DNA of 64,000 nucleotides, from assembly GCA_951406725.2 (NCBI GenBank), contig OX597822.1:107632001-107696000 (forward strand), in the 5' to 3' direction. Below are positions 42,969-56,709 of the stretch, piece after piece. The notes under the pieces were generated by a model. The model worked only from the letters and a program-made list of their open reading frames with translations, did not search any database and was not told the DNA's origin. The stretch is from Octopus vulgaris. Its lineage: Eukaryota. Every line of letters begins with the position of its first letter. Within the stretch, counting starts at the first letter, position 1. Made by a program: the position numbers and the translations under genes.

Positions 42969-43200
42969 ACTCTTTACTCTTTACTCCTTTACTTATTTCA
43001 GTCATTTGACTGAGGCCATGTTGGAGCACCGCCTTTAGTCGAGCAAATCGACCCCAGGACTTATTCTTTATAAGCCTAGTACTTATTCTTTCGGTCTCTT
43101 TTGCTGAACCGCTAAGTTACCAGGACGTAAACACACCAGCGTCGATTGTCAAGCGATGTTGGGGCAATAAAAATAGACACACAAACATATACACACACAC
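42969..43200 (-). mobile_element. SINE family B, 3' half
   Basis: (CTCTTTA)n tail and CAGTCATTTGACTG..GCACCGCCTTTAGTCGAG block. Confidence 0.8.
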
Positions 43201-43427
43201 ACAAACAACGATGAAGTCCTGCTTGCTTGTGGATGGTAGCGAAACCTTTTCGCAAATGCTGAGATGGACGGGTTATAAGCGGATGCAAATTTTAATTCAT
43301 GTGGAGCTGAATCAAGCTGTTATAAAAGACTTATATGCAATTATGATCTGTCGAGTTAGTTTCTTCCCTTCACTTTTCCTTTGTTCTCACGCAGGCGTAT
43401 ATATATATGTATGTAAGTATAAAACGA

Positions 43428-43739
43428 TAAACGTCACCCTTTTCAAACCTAGTCAGACTCACGGGCCCGGTTTCCCGGTTTCCGTTGCGTATATGTCCCC
43501 CCACTCCAGCTGGACGGGACGTCAGTCCATCGCAGCGTTACTCAAGAAACAGGAAGAGAGAGTGAGAGAAAGCTGTGGCAAAACAGTACAAGAGGGATTG
43601 CCACCAGCCCCTGCCAGAGCCTCGTGGATCTTTTAGGGACTTTCGCTCAATAAACACACACAACGCCCGGTCTGGGAATCGAAACTGCGATCCTCCGACG
43701 GCGAAACGGCTGCCCTCACCACTGGGCCATTGCGCCTCC
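43428..43739 (-). mobile_element. SINE family G, tail type Y
   Basis: Family G head and body, then a GTAACGCTGCGATGGACTGACGTCCCGTCCAGCTGG..GAAACCGGGAAACCGGGCCC tail shared with 28926-29176. Confidence 0.85.
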
Positions 43740-44582
43740 GTATGTAAGTATGCATGTAGATATATATATATATATATGTAACTACGTATACACACACGCT
43801 CTTGCACATGTGTGTGCGTGTACCTATATATAAAACAATAGAGAAAGACACAAAATATTTCTAACTTCGTCTATGAGAAATGAATGTATCCACTGTTAAG
43901 CTATTGCAGAATTCACCAATGCAGCAAGCCTATATCATAACTTACGTGGTCCTACAAGATTTACACACATACAAACACACGTACACACAGGCAAACTCAC
44001 CACACACACGTATACACACACAGAGAAAGGCACACATGTACACGAAGTCAAACAAAGTCATGCTTACATAGACAAAATATTAAGAATAATATCAAACTAT
44101 TTTCTTATGGGGAGACTTTTTCAAGATAGGTCGTCCTTTGGCGTATTCACACAGCTAGGTGAAGCTTAAATGCGCAGTCTAAACGAACTACAAGATATAT
44201 GTGAGTTTAACTGTAGACTTCGGTGTACGTATGAATAACGGAACTCTTGTTGGCTTTAATTTTACTGTAAAAGAAAACCCCAAAATGAACACCCGTAGAT
44301 ATATGCACATTCAAACTCACCAAAACATTCACACACAACACACACTTGAATATAAAGAGAGGCTAAAATGTCGGGCCCATGGAACATGAATAATTTTGTC
44401 CGTGCTTCTGCGTGTGTGTGTATGTGTGTGTTTGTGCATGTGCAGAAAACAACCAAAAAAAAGCCATATATCAGAGCTTTCCTGTATTTCTCATCTCCGT
44501 TCTTCTTATTTCTTTCTAATTTTCTTTGGAAAATATTACTACAAATGGGTTAACACCAAGTTTATTATTTATCACCTTTAGT

Positions 44583-45118
44583 AAGGCGGCGAGCTGGGCA
44601 GAATCGTTAAAACGCCGGACGAAATGCTTTGCGGTATTTCGTCTGCCGTTATGTTCTGAGTTCAAATTCCGCCGAGGTCGACTTTGCCTTTCATCCTTTC
44701 GGGGTCGATAAATTAAGTACCAGTTACGCACTGGAGTCGATGTAATCGACTTAATACCTATGCCTGTCCTTGTTTGTCTCCTCTATGTTTAGACCCTTGT
44801 GGGTAATAAAGAAATAGGTATTTCGTCTGCCGCTACGTTCTGAGTTCAAATTCCGCCGAGGTCGACTTTGCCTTTCATTCTTTCGGGGTAGATTAAATAA
44901 GCACCAGTTAAGTACTGGAGTCGATGTAATCGGCTTATTCCGTTTGTCTGTCCTTGTTTGATCTCTCTTTGTTTAGCCCCTTGTGTGTAGTAAAGAAATA
45001 GGTATTTGGTTTGCCTTTACGTTCTGAATTCAAACTCTGCCGAGGTCGACTTTGCCTTTCATCCTTTCAGGGTCGATAAATTATCAGTTGCGTACTAGGG
45101 TGAGTAGAAAAGAATATT
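44583..45118 (+). mobile_element. SINE family N, tandem trimer (184-bp period)
   Basis: GGTATTT unit starts at 44633, 44817 and 45001. Only the first unit has the A-box head. Confidence 0.85.
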
Positions 45119-45992
45119 AGGTAGTCCCAATTGGCCTACTTAAATATACAAACATATTTCTGTTCATATATATTTATGTACCAGTGCTTGCCGTTAAAAA
45201 AAGTAAACAGTCACACAGACATTGAAAAATTCTCATATCTTATTTAAAAAAAAAAAAACTGTTGATTGTTTTATCCCATTTTATAGCAGATTAAGGTCAA
45301 ACCACAGATTGTGGTGTCTGTGTATTTGTAGTTTGGAGTTTTTGGACAGTTCGTTTGATACAATGCGGCTATACTAACATAAACGCTATGTATTGGTGAG
45401 AATAAATAAATATTCAGTATTAATTCTTACAAGATGCAAAACAACGGTGCTGAAACAGAACAAAGCTTTTGGTTACCTTAACGTCTCATTTATTTGACTG
45501 GAACATACAGTAATCAGTCAAGCGTAGTTCTCTGAATGATGCCAGTGATTTAGAGAGAAGATATTGGCGTCAGATTATTAGGTATGGTTTACCAGAAAGT
45601 AAGTCGTTCGGTAAATGCTTTACTTTCCATCGTTGCATCATGCTTGGATAAAGAAATTAATTCCAGGCCTGTCAATATTCTTGATTAAGTGTAATGCTGT
45701 ACGCAAACACTGACAAGTGACATATACATTATAAAATAATATATCTATGACCAGTGTGTATATGCGCGTGTGTATATAAACTTAACCACATATATATGCG
45801 GATGTATACATACACACACACGTATATATATATGTTTATGTGTGTGTGAATGCATGAGTGTGTGTGCGCATATGCGTGTGTATGTTTTGTATGAATATTT
45901 ATGACCCTGTTTATACAGTGAAATGTCACGCATATATAAATGATTATTAGCATTGGCATCTACTTATACATACATAAATGTGTATATACAAT

Positions 45993-46039
<47 letters not shown>

Positions 46040-47132
46040 AAAAATATAAGTACACATATACTTACCTACATTTATATGTACGTACCTTCATATACAAGAT
46101 ACGTAAATGTATGCAATCTCTTTAATCATATACGCATACATACATTCATATATACATATATTCATCCATACATATATACACATACATAGGCACACACACA
46201 CGAATTGATTTAGAGGAATATCTTAGAAATATTTAAACGTGAATATATCTATATCTATATTTGCACACATGCACACGCGTATATAAATCATACAATTTAG
46301 CTATACATATTTATTCCATTTAACAAACTAATATCCACAATGTGGAGATGACGAGGTTATAGAGAAGCAAAGACAAATCCATTTTTATCTTTCCGGTCAT
46401 CTATTTCGCTCTTCTATATATTGATATTGTTCCACGACATCCTATGTAGTTTCCGCAGGAAATGTTATAGACTGTCTGCATGTTTAGGCTTCACCGTATC
46501 CTGTAAATGACAAAATATCTCCATTTTCCGACATTTAGCTAAAGATTGAAGAACATCACATGTTGCCATCTCCCTATCAACTTTCTCATCACACTCTCGT
46601 TAGTTCGACATCCTGTATTTGGAACGATAACATGTTCTATAACATTTCGGTTCTGACGCCACAATGATTCTTTTCACTTTATGCACCTCCTGGGGAATGC
46701 AGTTGGCTTTTGTCATGTTTTTTACAAAGAAACAATAATTATTATTGAATTACCTATATTTTTCTAAATATTATTGATAAAGCAACCGCTTACACACTTC
46801 TGTTGATTATTATGCACGAACACACACACATATACATACACCAGCATACACGCACGCACACATTTAGAGGTATCTCTGAGCACATAAACAAATTACTTTC
46901 GCATATATCTTTCGTTATCCGGTTAGGTTTGTCAGCAAATTTCTATAATTAGCAATAATCGAGGCGCGTCTGTATATTCTAAGTATCTACAATTCCCTTC
47001 ATGTCACTTGTAATCTGTAGAATTTATAGAGTTCTAGGTCTAAGATTTTGCTGCATTTCACTTAACGTACTCACGAATTATTTCTACATAAGATCTAAAA
47101 ATAATTTACACTTTTGTATTCTATCTATCAAG

Positions 47133-47174
<42 letters not shown>

Positions 47175-47304
47175 TATATTGAGGGTACTACTATTCGTAG
47201 ATACCACACGCTAAAGAGGGACCAATGCGGTCAAAACTACTAAAATAAACAAAATTTTACCGAATGCAAAACTTCAAAGCAAGTCATTTAAAAAAGGAAT
47301 TTAG

Positions 47305-47366
47305 TTATATATCACCTGTGATTTCGCAATTAATGCAGAATATGCATTCTATGTTCATCAGTGCAA
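47305..47366 (-). ncRNA. degenerate hammerhead motif in a TA-bounded cassette (47180-47400)
   Basis: UUGCA-CUGAUGA-ACAU..AAUGCA(UAUUC)UGCAUU..UGC-GAA-AUCAC(AG)GUGAU-A-UAUAA. Intact boxes, with mismatches in stems I and II. Confidence 0.5.
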
Positions 47367-47410
47367 TAAACTCAAGATATATAAGAAAAAACATAACGTT
47401 ATATATATAT

Positions 47411-47492
<82 letters not shown>

Positions 47493-47497
<5 letters not shown>

Positions 47498-47628
47498 ATC
47501 CAAAAATGAAAACACAAAGAGAAAACACAACAACGCGAGACGTGGAACAAGTATAGTGTTATTGGACGCTCAGGAATGGAAAGAAAGGAGGATTTAACGT
47601 TTCGAGCAGAGCTCTTCGTCAGAAATAT
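47493..47628 (-). mobile_element. hammerhead-bearing cassette, subfamily B copy 4 (5'-truncated at the ribozyme)
   Basis: Minus 47626-47592: AUUU-CUGACGA-A-GAGC(UCU)GCUC-GAA-ACGU-U-AAAU, canonical core. Confidence 0.75.
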
Positions 47629-48149
47629 AATACATTAGAGAGGCTCGTAGCAATTGGTAATTTTTCGAGAGTTACAATTTTGCTGCTCCCAACCCCTAAT
47701 CCTGTTTCAATAAAGAAAACAAAGGGGTGTGCAAAAATTCAGCTTAATCGGAGTACAGCCATGCGACCATCAAACGCCTTGAAATTGGAACATAGTATAC
47801 GCAACGATTAATTATGTTCAAAAGCGGTATACTAATCCTTTTCTCGACCATTTTCTGTTTTGCTTTGTAGAGAAATTTATATGGACACATCCACACCATG
47901 CCAGCAGATGTTTACAAACGTTATGAATCAAATTTCCCAATAGCTAATTTGAAAAATTCCAGAAATAAGACGAAAAACTTATAAATATTTGCTTTTCTTA
48001 ATAAAGCACACAACTTCTATAAGAGAACCGCATTTTTATTTACAACAATAATTTCTAAAGAACCAAAAAAACATAATGCCAGCACCGAATACTGAATATT
48101 GAACATTAGTTTATGCATAAGAGAGGATTTTTATTTACAGATGGGTATG

Positions 48150-49560
48150 TTTTACAGTTTTCGATATCGATCTGTAAAAAATTATTTCACGGTTTTTTTT
48201 CTTTTGTTTGAATGTTATTGGAATCCTGAATGAGTTTGACACCTCTTTCTGCAACATCATTCACAAAAACTGTCTTCCCAAGATTTTAAAGTCAACTTTT
48301 GTAACTCGGATAATCCTTCTATGTTGAATATTTTTTGCTGAAGAAACCGGTGCTGATAGAAAATCTGGTGAAGAAAATTTGGTAGCAGAAGTTACAAAAG
48401 ATGTAAAAGATGTTGTAAAAGTACAAAAGATGTTGTAAAAGTACAAAAGATGTTGCAAAAGATGCTGTAAAAGATGTTTGTACAGGAAGAAAAGTCATTT
48501 TGGAACAGAATATACCACTTCTGTTGATATTATTTTTTCTTACTCTTTTTCACCTTTGATTTTTGCATACCTTGAGCAATATTTGCCTTCACCTCTGTTG
48601 GAATATTGTCATCAAATATGGATAGAGTAACAGTTTCGGAGCCTTAGTATCAGAGATGGATGGAAATTTTTTCGCTGCAGCCTTACAGATTTCTGAATCA
48701 ATATCCTGATAATTTATCAGTTGACGCTTGAATAGGAAATTATGATAAAGTGCTTTAATTATTTCTGATGGTAGAAACCAGGCTCGAACATAGAATTAAG
48801 CTAAACAAAATATACATATTCTTCCTAAAGAGTTCTCCCCAGGAGATAACTGAAATTGATCTTGAAACAGGTACATTTTGAATGCTTTAATTACTTTTGA
48901 CATCCACCTAGCATGACTTACAACTCCTGGTGTATGAAACGATATCCCGTTCTTCGGAATGCCGCCAAGAAAGATAATCGTTAATTCCAACAAATTCTCG
49001 GAAATAACGTCGTTGCACTTTCTGTGTAGAAAGATGGTATTCAATAAATCCAATAATGGTATAGCGGACATTATCAGGTACTTCATTGCTACTAGTTATG
49101 TAAAATTTCTTGTTGAGTTTCTTCCAGGATTCTCTAAATCTATTTAAAAGCGCCATGTCTGGACCAGAAGTTGCATGCATCAGTGAGTCAAAACAGCTCT
49201 TAAAAACTAACTAAATGTGATGACGGCAAGGGAAATACAACAGATCGCGATTGAACAAACTGTTCTAGATTGTACTGGCACCATTCACTCAAATTGTGTT
49301 CCTTGCTGTCATATCACAACAAAATGTCTGAACTTTGTTGGTTATACCCCACTTTTCAACTGCTGGGTAAACAGCCATGATTTGCTGTTCTGTTGGAATT
49401 TCAGGCACTTCCAACTATTACTCCTTGCCTTGAAAAGTTACTATTATTGCATTTTCAAGCTTGTGAGTACTGGGAGCAGCTTTCAATCTCAGTGCAACAA
49501 TAATTCAATACGAGTGCAACTCTAATTCTTGACAATCGTTTAGGTTAAATTTGTGCTGAA
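48150..49560 (-). pseudogene. degenerate hAT-superfamily (hATm-like) transposase
   Basis: Minus-strand fragments: CCDMTARNT..NGA..RDLLYFPCRHHI..ATSGPDMALLNRFRESW..LLELTIIFLGGIP..FHTPGVVSHARWMSK..LFQDQFQL..FYVRAWF..KKFSIHL..ETVTLSIFDD. Many stops. Family label is from motif recall. Confidence 0.7.
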
Positions 49561-52500
49561 TTTCTGTGTGTCCCGCTTCCCTAAATTTTGTTCTAAGGCA
49601 TTGGTAATAAGTATACAAAGCACATAACATTGTAAAAACGGAGATGTTATAAACATGGTATTACAACTTTGTCAGGGCTACCAACACAACAGGGGAAGAT
49701 CTGTATCATAGCGTGCCAGCACAAAATGAATGAATGCTTACAAGTTATTACAAATAAATTAACTTTTATTTAGAAACGCGGACAAGTCATATTAGTTCAC
49801 TGTTTATCACTATCGTATATTTCTTAATATTCTATTTCTCAACACTACCATTAGGTGCAGTACAATTCTTTCAACGGATGAATGCAACTCACAACCTCAC
49901 TCGCACGCAGCTGGCCACCAACTGGATGACGGCGAAAAATAAGTGCTTGCCCTATACTTGCGCTCTGTCCCCAGCTTTGCAAATTGCCTTTAACATATTT
50001 CATTTAACACTTATTTTAGCATTTCGATGTTTATTCAAGGCATATTTAATATTTTCCGTTGGGCTTGATGAAAAATTGTGTGCAATTGTTTGCAGCATGA
50101 AAGTGTGTTAGGCTCTTTTAAACGTTGAATATTGATGATCAGAGAAATATTTGATTGGCATTAGAAGGATTGTTAGGGAAGAAAAGTATGTCATATTTTC
50201 AGATCTATCTCCCGAATCCATGTTCCTAATCCTGTTTCAACTGCATAGACTTTGTTTAGTGAAAAACACTTATCCATAGTTGTTGCAGCTCACACCATAA
50301 TATTGTGATAGCAAAAGAGCTAACAACAAAAACAAAACCAGAAAGCACCGTAGAATTAGGTTTGTGAACAAATCCTTAGACAGTATCCTAGAACAGGTTT
50401 GATAAAACGATTTGAATACTTCCTTTACAAGGAATCAAATGTAAGCGATACATATGTGATTATGAAGAATATAAATGTATTTGTCAGTCATCATTAGTGA
50501 TGTCGAAGACTGATGGATGATCTATGTTTTTATACTAAATATTATAGCATCAATGATATCTTCAACGAATAATTGGGTAAAGTATTTCCTCCGTTGCAGG
50601 AGACTCTCTGGAAATTCTGTTATTTGATCAGATTAAGTTCTTAATCATACAACTCAAGTAAGATTTTCTTCTTTTATAGTATCGTCTTACTTTGATTCCA
50701 AAAACGATGCTAGAAAAGGAAAAAGTTCACAACATTTTGTTTCCTTACATAGATAAAGGAATGGCTATAATATTAAACATTTTGGTTCGGATTGTCAAAA
50801 TGTTATTTATGTGTTACCTGACCGGGTTCATCATTTTATCCCTCAGAGCCATGTGTTCTTTGCCATACAGTAATAAGCCAACAAATTAACAGCTAACGAG
50901 TAAAAGTTGATTGTGTGGCGAAACACAGTTCCTTCACAATAGGTACGTTGTCTTCATTATTCTTGTATTCTTAACGCGATAATCTGAAGATAAATGTGAA
51001 AGACCTTAACTTAGATATATTTAATTGCGAACATAAACTATAAAAGACATAATTTTTATTCTCTTATCATTTGAAGTTACCGATGTTTAACAAAGAACTC
51101 AAGAGAAAAAGAGGGTCAACTTTATTTTCATAAATACGTATAAAAGCCAGATATGATATTATTGAAGAATTAATAGTTTATTACTTAGCACGTAACGACC
51201 GCGAATAAAAAGAACTTTAGGTGGTTTATTGACTATAAATACTAGTAAAATTTAGAAGTTTAAGAAAGCATTATTAGATATTAATATAGTAAGCAAAAAG
51301 CTTTACCTTAAATGATAAAACAAAACCCCATCTTTTACGAGGGTACGAGATCATATAGATGTGAATTTCTCAATTCAGGTTCCAGAACACTTGATTTAGT
51401 CTTTGATATCGGCATAATTATGTATGATTTACAAATTAGTACTAAATCATGGTAACTCCTAGCCATAAATAACACAAGAAATAACTACTATACAAGATCA
51501 CACAATGTTTCATCAGGAGGTAACTAAAGAACAACACAGGAATTTAAAGAATACTTACATCTGAAATAATGAAATAATAATAAAAAATAACCAACAGAAA
51601 ACAATATAAAGCTGCGTAGACTGAAAAGAAATATAGATCACCCTTAAATTTGTTTTGCCAGATTTTCGATCTAGAACCGTCTACTGAAACCAATTTTATA
51701 TACATTTAGGAAGAGCCATATTATTAAAATCTATAAACACAACGTTTGTTGTCTGTATTTACGCCTTTCCGCACCCCAAAATAACTCATCATATCGAGCG
51801 AATGGCCTTTTCAGTGGGTATAGATTTTCAAATGAATTATATTTTGCGACTGATTGTTCTTGTTTCCAGTTACATCTGTATGGCCAACGTATGAGCTAAT
51901 GACATATTATTATATTGATGTTTATATATTCATTATATATTTTAGTTCCTTTGATAGTTGCTGAAAAATTGCACGTGGCATTGTAATACTTAGTTGGTTT
52001 TTTTTTTTGTCTTATTGTGCTGGTCAGGTGTGGTTAGAGGAGCGGTGTTGGCCCGTCTATTCTTTATATTGAGTGTATATGTACTATGCTTCCCGTATAT
52101 ATATAGACTCTGTTACATAACCTGAATCTGGGTCATTTCCGTGCCTGGTCAGATTTTTTCAACATTTTCATCGATGCATTTCGAAACTGTTGGGCTTGTT
52201 GATAGTGTATGGAGGTTTATTCCATTTTACCTAATTTTTGGTAATGTTAACAATCCTTTCAATGAGATTCCTGAAGATTACCCATATGCAGGTTATGCTG
52301 GTATCTTTTCACTGCTTAGACATTCATTTCAGATAATATGCAATATTTCATATTCTGCAGTTATGTTTCCGGGTGTCTACAATCTATCAGTTGAATGTGC
52401 AACGCGTTTGTCTAAACTGATTTAACTTCCGTAGAAGACACGCGATGGGGCGAGAATGCCATTTATGTTATAAATCACAGGAATGTGTTGAAAATAATGT

Positions 52501-52865
52501 ACACATCACTATTTTGGTGCTTACACGGAATATATTCATATGGACAGACATACACTTATATACATATAAGGAAACACATACATGTTGATACGAACATACA
52601 GGTGCAAATATACACACAAACACATATATATTTAGAAAGTTATTTTCCGAGAGACAAGTCCAAAGTTGCTTTTGGAAGACCAGCAGTCGCCCATGCATAC
52701 GAGTCTCCTCTCTCCACGCCACCAATACTATCCAAGGGAAAGGTAAGCGCCAATCTCATACAGCTTGGCACCTGTGATGTCGCAACTCATTTCTACAGCT
52801 GATGAACTGGCGCAACGTGAAATAAAATGTTTTGCTTAAGAATGCAACACACACATACGCACCCG

Positions 52866-52900
<35 letters not shown>

Positions 52901-53014
52901 GCATCCGCACACACATACTCGCATCCGCACACACACACACATACATCAGGTAATCCCGTAATCAATGTCCAGATTTTAAATAAAGAAGTGATTAAATCTT
53001 ACATTTAATGAAGC

Positions 53015-53520
53015 TTAATCTTCAATATAGTTTCCCTGATTATCTATGACATATTTCCACCTACACGTAAGCCTTTTATTCCCATTAGTGAAAAACTCGT
53101 TCGGTTTCGAAGAGAAGACCTCTGACAGGTCACTTTCGAATTTCTCAGTCATTTCGAGAATTAATCCATCCAAATAATTCTGTAAACTACGGAACAAATG
53201 CTAATCTAAAATGAAGAATAAGGCGGGTGAGTAATTTCCACCCAGCTAAGTTCCTTTACCCTCCTTGACGCGTTCGTTGTGGGGTCTTGAATTTTTCTGA
53301 TGTAAGACTCGTCCCTTTCTATTTACTAAAGCAGACATTTTTTACTTCAAAGCAGCGTTCAAACACACTAATTGATGGCAGTAGATTTGAGCATTTCCTC
53401 CCATCCAAATTCCACGAACTTCTGTAACGCTTTCGTTGGGGCGGGTCTTGAATTTTCCTAGTCCAACACCAATCCCCTTCCCTTTACTAAAGCAGGCTTT
53501 TTTCTTCAAAACAGCGTTAA
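53015..53520 (-). pseudogene. mariner transposase C-terminal relic with a local internal duplication
   Basis: QIYCHQL..LNAALK..ELSWVEITHPPYS..FRSLQNYLDG..FSSKPNEFFTNG..LTCRWKYVIDNQGNY. 53260-53360 is repeated at 53420-53520. Confidence 0.78.
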
Positions 53521-53959
53521 TATACTGTCATTAAGTACTTAATGACAGTATATTAACCAAGACAACGATTGGACCACATTTATATCTTATTTGTTAATAC
53601 AAAGTATGACATAACAAAATAGGTGACGTAACATATCTTACGGCCGTTACTGATTGGATTTCCAAAATGCAGTCTTTACATAAATGCGAGAATAAAATTC
53701 TTCATCTTCATAGGGCATTCGAACTAAGGTAGCAGATCTTGATCAGAGTGAAAAAGGGGAGCATATAAACAAATGGAAGAAATAACACGACAGAAAACAT
53801 GGCTTAGCCCAATAGTCTAGAAGCCCAATATGTTTAGAGCAAATAATTATTAGACATCAGGCTAGAGGATCGATTCTATATATGGTTATCTTATTCCTGA
53901 TCGATTACTATAACCACTAACTCTGTTTACATTATATATATATGTATGTATGTTCATGT

Positions 53960-54490
53960 CAGGTCACTTCGAGTGCTACTGGTAACATGTAACCCAGTAC
54001 AACCTGTTGCATGGTCGGGTCGTCGGCAACTAAACCGGCAACCCCACCAAGCTTGCTTGGTGAGGAGGGTGTTTATTGGACACCCGTCAAAGGGCGGAGG
54101 AACTCTTGAGAGTCAACGGCTATCCAATTAATTTCTTAAGGCTGTATTATGCGCGGGGATATAGAAATAATCGGACTGAATGCCCGATCGCCCGATTAAA
54201 CCATTGGGAGTGAAGTACTCCTAGCCTTTGTTAGGGCATCCATCTAGGAGAAGGTAGCTCAGGTAACTGGGATAACTCCGACATAAAACCTGCGGCTCAG
54301 TGGTTACCGAGGATGTTGACTTGTTCTTCTTTTCGGATTATGGATGCTGTTGCTTAGTGAGTGGGATTGACTCATGCACAGCCTTTTCTCAATTTAAAAA
54401 AAATATTCTTGCACAGGCATTGCACGATAATAACATTGATTAAGCTTCGTGCATGCAATTGCCTTACTCGATAACGAGGGGGCAGCCACC
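53960..54490 (+). mobile_element. short RTE-derived non-autonomous element (5' UTR-like body) ending in (ATGT)n
   Basis: GC-richer island with many hairpins and the motif GGGCATCCATCTAGGAGAAGG, reminiscent of RTE 5' UTRs. Flanked by TATG/ATGT repeats, no ORF. Confidence 0.5.
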
Positions 54491-54772
54491 ATGTATGTAT
54501 GCATGTATGTATGTATGTATGTATGTATGTATGTATGTATGTATGTATATATATATATATCCATATACACATACATAAATGTACATACCTAGATATATAT
54601 GAATATATACATGCATATATAGGTACAAGACATAAAAAGTACGTTAACAAAATGAGAAACAAGAAAATAAAAAAATAGAAAACGAACTTTTTTCGAACAA
54701 CGACAGGAGGGATGTGAGTTCTTGGTTTTGATTGTTTAAAATGGAGTAACCGAGGAAGAAAGTGGCAAAGAA

Positions 54773-54807
54773 GAATAATAATAATGATAATAGTAATAAT
54801 AATAATA

Positions 54808-54906
<99 letters not shown>

Positions 54907-54917
54907 AAGAAGAAGAA
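54773..54917. repeat. (AAT)n(AAG)n compound microsatellite
   Basis: Directly visible. Confidence 0.95.
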
Positions 54918-55139
54918 TGGGGAGTAGTAAAAGGAGAGAAAGAATAAGAAAATTATGGGAATGATATGACAGTAGAAGGATGTTTGTGGAATCCTCTTAA
55001 ATTGTCAAGTAACAACTTCCACTCGCGTAAAACACACACATGCACACCCACACATACTCCTATATATGCAACAATACATGTAGACATATACACATACGCA
55101 AACACGCGCGCACACACACACGTGCACATACCCATCCAC

Positions 55140-55690
55140 GCATGACTCGTGATGAAATGTTGGTTCTTAGCAATCATATCCAATGAAAAGAACAAGAATA
55201 GTCAGCACCCACTGGAAGACGAAGAACAGGAATATACGGGAACAGTTATGCTCTGGGTTTAGGGAGATGTAAAAAGTGCCATAGATCATGACATTTTAAA
55301 TCAAAATTAAAACGTTAATACAGAAGGATATTGTCATTTGGAAGCTGTGAACATCTTACAGAAAATACTTGCAAAAAAAAGCGTTTATCATTGGTCAATC
55401 GCAAAATGTGATACTGTTCAATCATGCAGTAAGACAACATTTTGCTCACGTCAGGAAGAAATTGTCGTACGAAGTATGGAATTTTGCCTCATTCTCCTTA
55501 TTCTCCTGACCTTCCTCTCTCCGGCTATTATATTTTAATTGCGACACTATTTAAAATGTGAGGAGTTTAAACATGATAATAAATGTTTCGTTGTTTCGAA
55601 ACCTGAATAATGTTACATCCGAAGGATCAACACTTGGCCAAATAAATGAGATTATGTTATTAATAACGATGGAACATAATATCTCGTTTC
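55140..55690 (+). pseudogene. mariner transposase catalytic-domain relic
   Basis: TRDE.., VMLWV*GDVK..HDILNQN*NVNTEGYCH.., LPHSPYSPDLPLSGYY (YSPDL motif). Confidence 0.7.
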
Positions 55691-55894
55691 AATTATATCA
55701 ATTAAGGATAAATAGGACACCATTCTTTCCAATAATATGCACATGCCTGTGTTTTTTATGTGTGTACGTATGCATATATAATTCATACATATACTTACCA
55801 TCATATATACATATAGACATACATACAAATAAATATATTCATGCGTATATATGTATTTGTATGCGTATATATATATATACATATATATATATAC

Positions 55895-55944
<50 letters not shown>

Positions 55945-56709
55945 ATATATATACACGTTATACTTAAAGATGTTTGCGTACGGTGGTGGGGAAATACATA
56001 TATGCAGAGATTCATGCATACATACAAACGCACTCACTCGCATGTATACATAGATAAACAGCAATATATTTCTGTTCGTTTACTTTGAAAATAATTATTC
56101 TAGATTAATGAAGAGAGTTTAAATTTACACTTGATAAATCACCACTTTAGAATCTAAATTTGATAAACACTTTAATTTATTTCAAAAAGCGGAGACAATG
56201 ATTCTTTATTTTCTTCTTGTTGAAAGATCTATAAATTAAATCTTCTAATCTTCCATTGTTTCTCTATAAAAACAAAGAACACACACACACATACAAAACA
56301 TTGTCTTTTGTATTTTTAAAAATATTCATATTTTATCTAAATCTTTCGCCTCACTACTCCATTAATTTCTTTTACGACAAGCGGAAAACGTGGTATTATA
56401 TACATCGTAACAATAGTATTTCACACACATTTCCAAACATACATATAGTCACACGGACGAACGTACTCACAAAAACACATGTATAGCTGTATAAATCGAG
56501 AAATACAGTTGTTACAAAATATAACATATATATATATGTGTGTAGGCATAGTGTATAGAGATGGTTAGAAAATTCGCCCTGCAGTGAATAAATTCTGATT
56601 TCAATACTGCTGAGTTGTAACTTGGTCAAATATAAGCTGACTTATCTCACGGCGAATAATTTACGTACATATGAATGCGCACACCCACACGCACACACAC
56701 ACTCATATA

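Noticed and set aside
47635-51650. Possible TIR pair for the hATm-like element
   Set aside because: TTAGAGAGGCTC versus TTAAGGGTGATC match too weakly, and no TSD was seen.
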